Origin: Candidatus Delongbacteria bacterium
GTDB lineage: Bacteria; CAIWAD01
Length of the DNA: 64,000 nt
NCBI GenBank assembly: GCA_963663545.1
Contig: OY760505.1
Coordinates: forward strand, 1,088,001-1,152,000
Direction of reading: 5' to 3'
In this document: piece by piece, positions 1-9,324 of the stretch
Position numbering within the stretch: the first letter of the stretch is position 1
Layout: each line of letters opens with the position of its first letter
Position numbers and translations under genes: made by a program
The notes under the pieces: model-generated
The model's input: only the letters and a program-made list of their open reading frames with translations
Database searches by the model: none
What the model was told of the DNA's origin: nothing

Positions 1-1
1 A

Positions 2-352
2 GGAGAACGTCTCTACTGGCTGCGCGACGACAAAGAAGACGCACTACAACCAGCCCCCTACCCGGACATTCGTCTGCTGCCGGGCCCCTACAATGGCCCA
101 CGTCAGATCAGCTGGTATTACTTCATTTTCGTGGACGGGCAATTGTATCACGAAGAAACGCATATGGGTTACAATCGTATTAGTGTACGACGCATAAATC
201 ACAGCGCTTCACGATTTTACGCCACAACACATATGTGGAATCGGGATTTCGATACAGACCCTGTTGAGTTCAACCTGCTAGGCGCGGGCATCCAGGGAGT
301 AGTGGGAAGCAGTACCAGTATCCACTTACGACTGGCCATCGTGGACGACTAA
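2..352 (+). CDS. 3' part of a hypothetical protein (5' end outside window); C-terminus weakly resembles DUF4249-type lipoproteins
   Basis: Frame is open from position 2 (GERLYWLRDD...) to TAA at 350-352 and is followed by a terminator hairpin. Confidence 0.6.
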   Translation, partial: GERLYWLRDDKEDALQPAPYPDIRLLPGPYNGPRQISWYYFIFVDGQLYHEETHMGYNRISVRRINHSASRFYATTHMWNRDFDTDPVEFNLLGAGIQGVVGSSTSIHLRLAIVDD

Positions 353-354
353 AC

Positions 355-386
355 AAAAGGGGCCGCTTTCGCGGCCCCCACTTTTT
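355..386. terminator. Bidirectional intrinsic terminator
   Basis: GGGGCCGC-TTTC-GCGGCCCC stem (359-378) with an A-run upstream and a T-run downstream, between convergent genes. Confidence 0.8.
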
Positions 387-401
387 CGTGTCACACAGTC
401 A

Positions 402-1568
402 CTAGAATTTGATTTCAAACGTGACTTCAAACTTGGTACGAGTGTACTCCAAGGTGGTTGTACCTGCGTCGTTCTCCTTGTTCTCCATGGTCAGACGCAA
501 TGTAGGACGCACATGGAAGCTGCCCATCTCACTCTTGTAAGGCACCCAGTTGTAGTGCAGCCACAGGTAATGAACGGTGTGCAGATCGGCATCGGTCCAA
601 TCGATGCTGGTGTAATCGTACCACAGCAGAATGGCATCCTTGCCCTGGCGCATGGGCAGATTGTAGCGCAGACGCCCCAGCATACCCGTGTACTCACCGA
701 TGCTTGTCGAATTGTTGTCCGCTTCATTGTTCATAGTATAGAAGAAGCCAGCATCGATCTTGCCTGGACCTGCCGGAATTCCATACGCATTCACACCAAG
801 CGTCAAAGGCTGTGGCACATAGTCATCGGCCATGGCATAGAACAGCGCCGGTGATACAGTGATCTTATCCATCAGCTTGATGGAGTAATCCAGTGTGATG
901 GTGTAACCATCAGCTGTATCCAGATCGTTTGAGACGGACGTGGTATCATTGTACACCGTCTCAAACTCATTGGCGTTCAAGTTGTCATCGTCAACAAGCA
1001 CTCGCATACCCAGTTTACCCGGACCGATCTTGTTGTAATAAGCAAAGCCAAAAGCGGCGTCGTTGCTCCAGATGTAGAAGGGAAACTCGCCCGGTTTGTG
1101 CGGATAGTAGTGCAGGTCGAAGCCCGGATTGTTGTAGGAATCCAGCGGCAGCAGACCCATTGCAAAACCCCACCCCTCACGCTTCATGCCGAAGTAGTTG
1201 AGCATCCACGACACATCCTGGCGAATGCTGTTGTCTGCAGCTCCGTCTGCAGGGGCGTTGCCGGTGTTGGCCCTGGGCAGCTGCGCCAAGGCGTTGACAC
1301 CCATGCTTCCCTTCCAGAACCAGCCATTGCCGATTTGCGCGTCTGCATGCAGCCTGGCACGCCAGATGTAGTAATAGTCGGTCTTCGCCTTGGTTTTGGT
1401 AGCGATTGTATCACCGTCTACCACGGACTGAACCGTCTTCGGATAGTCGCCCCAATCCATCATGTCCATACGCGGACGAAATCGTGCATCACCCGAGAAG
1501 GTGATGGATGCCAGTACGGGCCCCGCTACCAGCAGAGCCATCAAGCAAGAAGCGAGCAGTTTCTTCAT
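402..1568 (-). CDS. Outer-membrane beta-barrel protein (porin-like)
   Basis: Signal peptide MKKLLASCLMALLVAGPVLA, alternating aromatic strands, C-terminal ...VTFEIKF; purine-rich RBS before ATG 1568. Confidence 0.75.
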   Translation of the reverse strand: MKKLLASCLMALLVAGPVLASITFSGDARFRPRMDMMDWGDYPKTVQSVVDGDTIATKTKAKTDYYYIWRARLHADAQIGNGWFWKGSMGVNALAQLPRANTGNAPADGAADNSIRQDVSWMLNYFGMKREGWGFAMGLLPLDSYNNPGFDLHYYPHKPGEFPFYIWSNDAAFGFAYYNKIGPGKLGMRVLVDDDNLNANEFETVYNDTTSVSNDLDTADGYTITLDYSIKLMDKITVSPALFYAMADDYVPQPLTLGVNAYGIPAGPGKIDAGFFYTMNNEADNNSTSIGEYTGMLGRLRYNLPMRQGKDAILLWYDYTSIDWTDADLHTVHYLWLHYNWVPYKSEMGSFHVRPTLRLTMENKENDAGTTTLEYTRTKFEVTFEIKF

Positions 1569-1644
1569 GATTCTTCCTTCCATACGTGGATTGATCCATT
1601 CCTATCGGCATTCTCAGTGCAGGTATTCAGAGCGTTGAGAGCAG

Positions 1645-1671
1645 CAAGAGCCCGGTTTCCCCGGGCTCTTG
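1645..1671 (-). terminator. Stem-loop downstream of hflC (terminator or processing site)
   Basis: CAAGAGCCCGG...CCGGGCTCTTG 11-bp inverted repeat; no clear U-tract. Confidence 0.45.
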
Positions 1672-1687
1672 TGGTGATACGTCAGAA

Positions 1688-2626
1688 TCAGCGACTGCCT
1701 TCGCGCAGGTAACGATAGAAATCGCCCTCGGTAGAGAGGATGAGGGCGGAATTCGCGTCGAAAGTGCTCAGGTAGGTTTCCATCGTTTTGAGGAAAGCAT
1801 AGAACTCACGCGACTGGGAGCTTTGATTGTAGGCACGAGCGTAGATCTGCGTGGCCTCTGCGTCGGCACGACCAATGATTTCCTGCGCGCGGCGATAAGC
1901 GTCCGACTGGATCTGCTTCAGCTCGCGCTCGCGCTCACCGGCAATTTTGAACGCCTCACCCTGGCCTTCGGAACGATAGCGGCTGGCAATGCGCTGACGC
2001 TCGGAAATCATGCGATCGAACACTTTGCGCTGCACTTCGCGCACATAAATGATGCGTTTAAAGCGGAAGTCCATCACCTCTATACCCAGATCATCACAAC
2101 GCTCCTGAGCATCCTTTAGGATCTCGGCGGAAATGGCCAGACGGCCCACTTCGATATCCTGATTGAGCTCGCCCGTATCCGCCTCGATCTCCTCACCCGC
2201 AGGGTACTCACGGTTGACGGAGCGCACAATCTCTACCAGTGGGTGCGCGGCAATTGCAGTACGCGTCTCACCGTCCAGAATGTCATCCAGCCTGGATTGG
2301 GCACCGTTCTCGTCACGCAGACGTTGGAAGAAACGCAGCGGATCTGTGATACGCCACCGTGCATAAGTGTCGATCCAGATGAAACGCTTGTCGCTGGTGG
2401 GCACTTCGTTTGGATCACCATCCCACTCCAGATAGCGCTTGTCGAAATAGTGTGTCACCTGAATGAAGGGCAGTTTGAAGTGAATGCCCGCATCGGTAAT
2501 TGCGTTGCCCACCGGCTTGCCGAACTGGGTAATGATCACCTGCTCACGCTCGTCCACTAAAAAAGCGGCTTGCCACAAGGAAAAAAGGCCAACGGCGATC
2601 AAGGCGATTAGTGCGGACTTCTTCAT
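1688..2626 (-). CDS. hflC: FtsH protease modulator HflC (SPFH/band 7)
   Basis: N-terminal TM, VIITQFGKP, GIHFKLPF, RMISER, YRSEG, EFYAFLKTM motifs; overlaps hflK stop. Confidence 0.93.
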   Translation of the reverse strand: MKKSALIALIAVGLFSLWQAAFLVDEREQVIITQFGKPVGNAITDAGIHFKLPFIQVTHYFDKRYLEWDGDPNEVPTSDKRFIWIDTYARWRITDPLRFFQRLRDENGAQSRLDDILDGETRTAIAAHPLVEIVRSVNREYPAGEEIEADTGELNQDIEVGRLAISAEILKDAQERCDDLGIEVMDFRFKRIIYVREVQRKVFDRMISERQRIASRYRSEGQGEAFKIAGERERELKQIQSDAYRRAQEIIGRADAEATQIYARAYNQSSQSREFYAFLKTMETYLSTFDANSALILSTEGDFYRYLREGSR

Positions 2627-3618
2627 TTTCCACCTCCCTTGCCACCGATCTGCAGGCCGTCTTCGCCAAAGAGCATGAGCGGTAACACACCGCTGGCACC
2701 TTCATCCATGATCACTTTGCGGCCACTGGTATTCAGCACCTGCGCCATTGTCTCCAGATAAATGCGGCGACGTGTCACTTCAGGCGCCTTGGCATACTCG
2801 GTGAAGACCGAGTTGAACTTGGCCGCCTCACCTTTGGCGCGATTGACGCGATCGGTGGCGTAGCCTTCGGCCTGCTGCACCGTCTGCTCCGCTTCACCGC
2901 GTGCACGCGGAATGACCTGATTGTACTCGGCGCGGGCTTGGTTGATCAGACGCTCGCGTTCTTGCTGAGCCTCGTTGACCTCGTTGAAGGCGGGTTTCAC
3001 CGGATCAGGCGGGTTGACATCCTGTAACACAACCTGCTCGATACGAATGCCGTTTTCGTACTGGGTGCACAGATCCTGCAAATCCACCTTGACCTTGGCC
3101 GAGATTTCCTGACGGCCAAAGGTCAGGACTTCATTCACGCTGCGGTCGCCGATGACCTGACGCATCACAGCCTCGGTCATGTGACGCAGCGTCTGCTCAG
3201 GCTGGACCATCTTGAAAAGGAAGTTGTAGGGATCCTGGATGCGATACTGAACGATCCACTCAACGCTGGCCAGGTTCAGGTCGCCGGTCATCATCAGGCT
3301 CTCGTTACTGTAATCGCCGCTCTCATAGCGAGTACGCACAGCGGCGCGCGCTGTACGGAAACCGAATTCCTCCTTGAGCTGACGCTCAACGGGAACCTTG
3401 ATGACACGCTCTACGCCAAAGGGAATCTTGAAGTGAAGACCCGACGGCATGGAGCGCGAATAGGCTCCAAATCGTAACACAACACCGGCTTCCTCCGGGC
3501 CAATAGTGACCCAGGATGTGAAGCCGAGAATCAGAATCAGTAACAGCGCGGTTACCGACCCAACCGTGGCGCGAAGTTGATGCGGCTTCACTTCACGGTT
3601 ATTGAATTTGACATCCAC
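2623..3618 (-). CDS. hflK: FtsH protease modulator HflK
   Basis: GVVLRFG, MMTGDLN, PPDPVKPAFNEV, PRARGEA, APEVTRRRIYLETM motifs. Confidence 0.93.
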   Translation of the reverse strand: MDVKFNNREVKPHQLRATVGSVTALLLILILGFTSWVTIGPEEAGVVLRFGAYSRSMPSGLHFKIPFGVERVIKVPVERQLKEEFGFRTARAAVRTRYESGDYSNESLMMTGDLNLASVEWIVQYRIQDPYNFLFKMVQPEQTLRHMTEAVMRQVIGDRSVNEVLTFGRQEISAKVKVDLQDLCTQYENGIRIEQVVLQDVNPPDPVKPAFNEVNEAQQERERLINQARAEYNQVIPRARGEAEQTVQQAEGYATDRVNRAKGEAAKFNSVFTEYAKAPEVTRRRIYLETMAQVLNTSGRKVIMDEGASGVLPLMLFGEDGLQIGGKGGGK

Positions 3619-3922
3619 CTTACTGCTCCTTCTCGTCTGGAGTGAATGATATGTGTGGTGACACAGGTCAAGCTAGCAAATCACTGAGTATCACAAGACT
3701 ATTTTACACCCGTATCAGGAAGTACAACCGGCTTCACCAGTGGCGATTCCAGCTTCGAAATCCCTTATAGCGTGTATCACAACATCACACCGAGTCTCGC
3801 CTGGATCGAGTACTGCAGAGGGCGGCAAGATGCCACCCTCTGCAAAAATCTGGATTTCATTCATGAATCACGGCAAGACTCGAGATAGCTAATGCCTCCG
3901 GAGACATCGCAGCTGCACATCG

Positions 3923-5284
3923 CTACTTGTGAATCGGTGTCTCCAATGCGTCCATGCCCGCCTCCCAGAACGCCTCACTCAAGGTTGGATGCGCGTGCAC
4001 GATCTGCGCCATCTCTTCCAGCGTTGCCTCCAGCTTTAGATAAGCAGCTGCCTCGGCAATGAGATCTGTTGCATTCTCTGCGACAATGTGCACGCCCAAC
4101 ACTTCTCCATAACGACGCTCGGCGACGACCTTAACAAAGCCATCACTGTTGCCCTCGCTAAGCGCCTTGCCGTTTGCCGTCAGCGGAAACTCGCCAACGC
4201 GTACATCGTGCCCTTGTGTCACAGCCTCCTCTTCGGTGAGACCAACAGCGGCTACTTCCGGTACGAGATAGATGTTCAACGGCACGTGATCATGCACAAG
4301 CGGCGCTTCTATACCCGCCATGTGATTCACAGCAGCAGTTCCTTGCGCCGCCGCCGACTGCGCCCAAAGTGTTCCAGTGACATCACCCACAGCGTACACT
4401 CCGGCCAGACTGGTGCGACCAAAGCCGTCCACCTTGAGGAAGCCACGTGTGTCCAGCTGCAATCCACGCCCCTCCCATGCGGGAAGCGTTGGAATGCGAT
4501 CAGCACAATTGACCACAGCTGTTCCAGCAAGTGCTTCCGAGCCAACGAAGTACTGCTCGCCCTCGCGACGCAGCGATTCCATGCTGTGTATCACGTGGAC
4601 ACGTAGCTTCTTCATGCGCTGTGACACGAATTCCTTCAGGCTCGCATCAAGGAAAGAAAGCAGCTCTGCTTGAGGTGTCACCATCTCTACATCATAACCG
4701 GCAAGGGTTAGCATTGAAGCCGTTTCGCACGCCGGTCCGCCACCACCCAATACAATCATCTTTTGCGGTAGCTCTTTGCGAGAATAGAATTCAGGCAACG
4801 TCCACCACTGGTCACGCTCTAGTTTCGCAGTCTGCGCAGGATCGGGAATCGCCCCCGTAGCCACCAACAAGTGGCGGCAGCCGAACTCATCCGTCTTTTC
4901 ACCTGTGACACGAACACGCGTGGGCCCAAGAACAGCGGCCTCTCCCTGTATCACGGTCACCTTGTTCTTCTTCATCAGGAAGCCAACTCCGCCTACCAGC
5001 TTGCGGACGATACGATCTTTACGCGCTACCGCTTTGCCCCAGTTGAAACTCAGGGCACTCTTGTCGATGCCGTCAACGCCAAAGGTGCCAGCTTCCAACA
5101 CACGTTGATAAGTACGGGCGCTTTCGGTCATGCATTTACTGGGAATGCAGCCCCAGTTCAAACATTGGCCGCCCAGATTTCGCCGTTCTACAAGTGCCAC
5201 TTTCAGACCCAATTGGCCTGCACGAATAGCGGCGACATAGCCGCCAGGGCCGCCGCCGATGATGATCAGATCAAACTGCTCCAC
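3923..5284 (-). CDS. lpdA: Dihydrolipoamide dehydrogenase (E3)
   Basis: GGGPGGY FAD motif, CLNWGCIPSK disulfide, HPTLSE; last gene of a 2-oxoacid dehydrogenase operon. Confidence 0.92.
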   Translation of the reverse strand: MEQFDLIIIGGGPGGYVAAIRAGQLGLKVALVERRNLGGQCLNWGCIPSKCMTESARTYQRVLEAGTFGVDGIDKSALSFNWGKAVARKDRIVRKLVGGVGFLMKKNKVTVIQGEAAVLGPTRVRVTGEKTDEFGCRHLLVATGAIPDPAQTAKLERDQWWTLPEFYSRKELPQKMIVLGGGGPACETASMLTLAGYDVEMVTPQAELLSFLDASLKEFVSQRMKKLRVHVIHSMESLRREGEQYFVGSEALAGTAVVNCADRIPTLPAWEGRGLQLDTRGFLKVDGFGRTSLAGVYAVGDVTGTLWAQSAAAQGTAAVNHMAGIEAPLVHDHVPLNIYLVPEVAAVGLTEEEAVTQGHDVRVGEFPLTANGKALSEGNSDGFVKVVAERRYGEVLGVHIVAENATDLIAEAAAYLKLEATLEEMAQIVHAHPTLSEAFWEAGMDALETPIHK

Positions 5285-5308
5285 GCTTTCCTCCAGGGAT
5301 TCCCGCCA

Positions 5309-6616
5309 CTAATCGAGGAACATGCTCATCGGATCCGCCAGTAGCTGCATGACTTCCCGCAGGAAGCGTGATGCATCACCACCGTCGATGATACGATGAT
5401 CAATAGCCAGGGACAAAGGCAGAACCTTGCCGGCAACGACCTCACCGTCCTTCACTACAGCCTGGTCGAGTATTCGTCCTACACCTAAAATGGCCGACTC
5501 AGGCGCGTTGATGATGGGAGCGCCGTAAATACCTGCAATGGCACCGTAGTTGGTGATACTGAATGTCCCACCGCGCAATTCATCCAGTGTGATACGTCGT
5601 TCCCTTGCGCGTGCTGCCAGATCCTGAATGGCCAACGCCAGTTCACGAATCGACAGTTGATCTGCACCGCGTATCACGGGAACGATCAAGCCATCAGGAG
5701 TGTCAACGGCAACACCAAGATTGACGTAGTTGTGATACACTACTTTTCCGCCGTCCAGATCCAGCCGGCAGTTGAGTACCGGATGACGTCGCAAAGCGGT
5801 TGCAATAGCCTTGGCGATGAAAGGCATGTAGGAAAGCCGAATTCCCATTTGGGCATAGCGTTCGCGCTGGTCGTTGCGCAATTGTACCAGGCGTGAGATT
5901 TCCACTTCCTCGAATGTAGTGGCATGTGGAATCGTGGTCTTGGCTGCAAGCATGCGAGCTGCAATTGTCTTGCGCAACTGGCTGAGCGGCTGTTCCTCAA
6001 TGCCGCCCTGCTGAACAGGTCGTGGTGAATAAACTGGCATCTGCTGAGCGGACTGCTGCGAAGCAGAGGCAGCTGGCGCTTCGATTCTTGTAGCACTCGC
6101 AGCCAAACGCTGGACATCATCCTTTGTAACACGACCACCGGGACCCGTGCCTTGTGCCTGATTGATGTCCACGCGCAGATCCCGGGCCAACTTGCGGGCG
6201 ACCGGAGTCGCTTTCACCTTTTTACTGCTATTCACTGCACTGTTACGGCCTTCTTTGCCTGCCGGCATCACATCATTTCCGGTTGCCACCTCAATGTTGC
6301 CAACAACTCCGAAACCCGGCTCCACAACCTCTGTGCTCTCCGCAGCGGAAGCTTCATCGGCTTGGTTTGTATCACCGCTACCATCATCGATTTCAACAAA
6401 CGTATCACCAACATTGATCACTTGATCAACCTTGCCATGCAGCCGCAGGATTTTCCCACCTCGCGGGCTGGGAATGTCGGCGACCACCTTATCCGTTTCC
6501 ACCTTGGCTAGCGGGTCATTCTCATTGATGGTCTGTCCTTCTGTGACGTACCACTCAAGCAGCTTTCCTTCGCTCAGACCTTCGCCCAGATCGGGGAATT
6601 TGAATATGAATGCCAT
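5309..6616 (-). CDS. pdhC: Dihydrolipoamide acyltransferase (E2), one lipoyl domain
   Basis: VETDKV lipoyl motif, ATPVARKLA...GTGPGGRV E3-binding domain, DHRIIDG catalytic motif. Confidence 0.9.
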   Translation of the reverse strand: MAFIFKFPDLGEGLSEGKLLEWYVTEGQTINENDPLAKVETDKVVADIPSPRGGKILRLHGKVDQVINVGDTFVEIDDGSGDTNQADEASAAESTEVVEPGFGVVGNIEVATGNDVMPAGKEGRNSAVNSSKKVKATPVARKLARDLRVDINQAQGTGPGGRVTKDDVQRLAASATRIEAPAASASQQSAQQMPVYSPRPVQQGGIEEQPLSQLRKTIAARMLAAKTTIPHATTFEEVEISRLVQLRNDQRERYAQMGIRLSYMPFIAKAIATALRRHPVLNCRLDLDGGKVVYHNYVNLGVAVDTPDGLIVPVIRGADQLSIRELALAIQDLAARARERRITLDELRGGTFSITNYGAIAGIYGAPIINAPESAILGVGRILDQAVVKDGEVVAGKVLPLSLAIDHRIIDGGDASRFLREVMQLLADPMSMFLD

Positions 6617-6631
6617 GGTTCTCCTCTTCCG

Positions 6632-7609
6632 CTAGAAGCGCGCCGTTTCCAGAACGCCGTGCAGCATGCGCTCCGCCGTGGGCAGGTAGTCGTTTTCGCC
6701 TAGTGGCAATGGCATGATAGTATCAAAACCAGTGATACGCTTCGGAGGAGCCTCCAACGAAAGTAGAGCCTGCTCGCTGACTCGTGTCACAAGTTCTGCT
6801 GCCACGCCAAAGCTCTGCGGACCTTCGTGGATGGCGACAAAACGCCCCGTCTTCTCCACAGATTCAACAATGGTTTCAGTATCAAGCGGATAGATACTAC
6901 GCAAGTCTATCAGCTCAACCGAGACACCCTGCTGCTGCGCCATCTCCACCATTTGTCTAGCCGGCCGCATCATTGCACCATAAGCGACGACAGTAACATC
7001 ACTGCCCTCTTGTATCACAGAAGCCTTTCCTAACGGAATGCGATACTCCTCTTCAGGCACTTCCTGACGAAAGGCGCGATAGACCTTCTTTGGCTCCATG
7101 AAGACGACAGGGTCATCACTCTCAATTGCGCTTAGCAGCAGTCCTTTAGCGTCATAAGGCGTCGAAGGTATCACGACCTTCAATCCAGGCACGTGAGCAA
7201 AAAGCGCTTCCATGCTCTCGCTGTGCAGCTCCAGCGCCTGAATGCCGCCGCCATAAGGCATGCGAATGGTGATTGGCGTCGTAAAGCGTCCACGGGAACG
7301 GTTTCGCATACGTGCTACATGTGTTACAAGCTGGTTGAAGGCCGGGTAGATGAAACCGGAGAATTGGATTTCAACAATGGGTCGCAATCCTGCGACTGCC
7401 ATCCCCACCGCTGCTCCCATCATGACGCTCTCGGCCAGGGGAGTATCGAACACACGCTGCTCGCCGTACTTCTGCTGCAAGCCCTGTGTTACACGAAAAA
7501 CACCGCCCTCGTAGCCGGCATCTTCACCGAAGAGCAACACGTCTGGATCCTGCTCCAGCTTGTGATCCAGTGCCGAATTGATGGCCTGTACCAGATTCAT
7601 CGCAGACAT
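6632..7609 (-). CDS. pdhB: 2-oxoacid (pyruvate or branched-chain) dehydrogenase E1 beta
   Basis: FGEDAG, DTPLAES, EIQFSGF, HSES, DLRSIYPLD motifs. Confidence 0.9.
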   Translation of the reverse strand: MSAMNLVQAINSALDHKLEQDPDVLLFGEDAGYEGGVFRVTQGLQQKYGEQRVFDTPLAESVMMGAAVGMAVAGLRPIVEIQFSGFIYPAFNQLVTHVARMRNRSRGRFTTPITIRMPYGGGIQALELHSESMEALFAHVPGLKVVIPSTPYDAKGLLLSAIESDDPVVFMEPKKVYRAFRQEVPEEEYRIPLGKASVIQEGSDVTVVAYGAMMRPARQMVEMAQQQGVSVELIDLRSIYPLDTETIVESVEKTGRFVAIHEGPQSFGVAAELVTRVSEQALLSLEAPPKRITGFDTIMPLPLGENDYLPTAERMLHGVLETARF

Positions 7610-8694
7610 CAGCGGGCCTCCTTCCAGTTCAAGTAGGCCTCATAAGCCTGCTGCTGCTCTTCCAATTCCGCCGGCTTGTCGGCGTACATGTACTGGAAAA
7701 TCTCGGGAAGCGGCATATCGTTGATCTCATCCACTTCCTTCATCGCGGCATCCACTTCGGCTTCGACCTCGCTTTGCCAAGCGCTTTCGCGTTCTTCATC
7801 CCAGAGTCCGCGCTCTGTCAACCAAAGTCGCATCCGCTTGAGCGGGCAGCGCGCGCTCCACTCTTCTTCCTCTTCCTTACTGCGGTAGATGCTTGGGTCG
7901 TCACTGGTAGTGTGCGCCCCCATGCGATAAGTAAAGGCCTCGATCAAGACAGGCCCTTTGCCACTGCGCGCGTGATCCACGGCCTCGCTTGTAGCACGGT
8001 ACACGGCCAGAAAATCGTTTCCATCGACCTGGATACCTGGTATTCCATAGGCGACGGCCTTTTGCGCCAGAGTCTCAGCCTTGGTCTGCTTGCTGCGGTT
8101 GAGTGAAATAGCGTACTGGTTATTGTTGCAGAAAAACACGACGGGACAATTGAACACACCGGCCCAATTCAGACCCTCGTGGAAGTCGCCCTGCGAGGTC
8201 CCGCCATCGCCGAAGTAGACTATGACGACTTCCTTCCCGCCTCGATAGCGAATGGCATGACCAATGCCGACAGCGTGAGGTATCTGCGAGGAAATGGGAA
8301 CGGAAGGCGGCAGCAAACGCGGCGCATTCTCGTGAATAGCCCCCCATTCGCTTCCCTTGAAGTACAAAAGGTAGTTGCGGATGGAACCGCCATGAGTAAG
8401 CACAGCACCCAGCTCGCGATAGGCTTGCACCAGCCAGTCATCGGCATTGAGCGCCATGGCACTGGCCACCGCAGCGGCCTCTTGTCCAAGATTGGTGGGC
8501 AGCGTGTGCACTCGCTTCTGACGCTGATATCCAAGCGCACGCTGGTCAACAATACGGGCACGCATCATCTGCTTGTAGCCGTCAACCAGCCGCTCGTCGG
8601 ACAACTCTGGTAACCACTTCTTTGCCAGCAGCTTCCCGTCCTGATCCAGCACGCTCAGTCGCTTGCCTTTCAAGGGATCAAACTGTTCAAACAT
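7609..8694 (-). CDS. pdhA: 2-oxoacid (pyruvate or branched-chain) dehydrogenase E1 alpha
   Basis: GQEA, TPP motif GDGGTSQGDFHEG...NNQYAIS, YRMGAHTTSDDP. Confidence 0.9.
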   Translation of the reverse strand: MFEQFDPLKGKRLSVLDQDGKLLAKKWLPELSDERLVDGYKQMMRARIVDQRALGYQRQKRVHTLPTNLGQEAAAVASAMALNADDWLVQAYRELGAVLTHGGSIRNYLLYFKGSEWGAIHENAPRLLPPSVPISSQIPHAVGIGHAIRYRGGKEVVIVYFGDGGTSQGDFHEGLNWAGVFNCPVVFFCNNNQYAISLNRSKQTKAETLAQKAVAYGIPGIQVDGNDFLAVYRATSEAVDHARSGKGPVLIEAFTYRMGAHTTSDDPSIYRSKEEEEEWSARCPLKRMRLWLTERGLWDEERESAWQSEVEAEVDAAMKEVDEINDMPLPEIFQYMYADKPAELEEQQQAYEAYLNWKEAR

Positions 8695-8824
8695 GCAGTC
8701 GTTCTCCTGCTCATTATTTTGTTTCGTACAATGACCTGAATCTAATAATGTTCGCTGCTACTAAGAAACACCATTATAGGTTCCAATCCTTACCTTAGAC
8801 AAAGTAAACGGCGATGGGAGACCT

Positions 8825-9250
8825 ATGCATATCATTCACAAGATCTTCCACTTCAGTGCGGCTCACCGCTATTGGAACGAAAACTGGAGCGAAGAAGAAA
8901 ACTGGCAAGCCTTCGGCCACGATGTCCGTGTGCACGGCCACAATTACATCCTCACGGTCTCGCTCGCAGGCGAGATTGACGCTGGCACGGGCTTCTCGGC
9001 TGATCTCCATCAGGTGAAAAGGCTCGTTAAAGAGCGCGTGCTACAACGCCTGGATCACGCCTGGATTGACCGCGATCTGGACTGGTTCGCAACACGACGA
9101 CCCTCCACGGAGAATCTGGCGATCTGGATCTGGGAGCAGCTCGAGGAGTGTATCACCGGATGCCGGCTTCATCGCATTCGTCTGCAGGAAACGGAGAGCA
9201 TCATTACGGATTACTACGGTCCAACGGGTCTTTCATTCCTGTTAGACTGA
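8825..9250 (+). CDS. queD: 6-carboxytetrahydropterin synthase / PTPS family
   Basis: FSAAH, HGHNY, LDH, PSTENLA, LQET motifs; GGGAG RBS. Confidence 0.85.
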   Translation: MHIIHKIFHFSAAHRYWNENWSEEENWQAFGHDVRVHGHNYILTVSLAGEIDAGTGFSADLHQVKRLVKERVLQRLDHAWIDRDLDWFATRRPSTENLAIWIWEQLEECITGCRLHRIRLQETESIITDYYGPTGLSFLLD

Positions 9251-9280
9251 TTCTTTGTATCACAGATAGCACAAATGGAA

Positions 9281-9298
9281 AGGCGACCCGCAGGTCGC
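9281..9298. terminator. Hairpin between convergent queD and peptidase genes
   Basis: GGCGACC-CGCA-GGTCGCC. Confidence 0.55.
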
Positions 9299-9324
9299 CA
9301 ATCGTGTATTACGGTGTGACAAGC

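Noticed and set aside
4587..4602. parS-like sequence TGTATCACGTGGACAC
   Set aside because: Several mismatches to TGTTTCACGTGAAACA; explained by the abundant GTATCAC word
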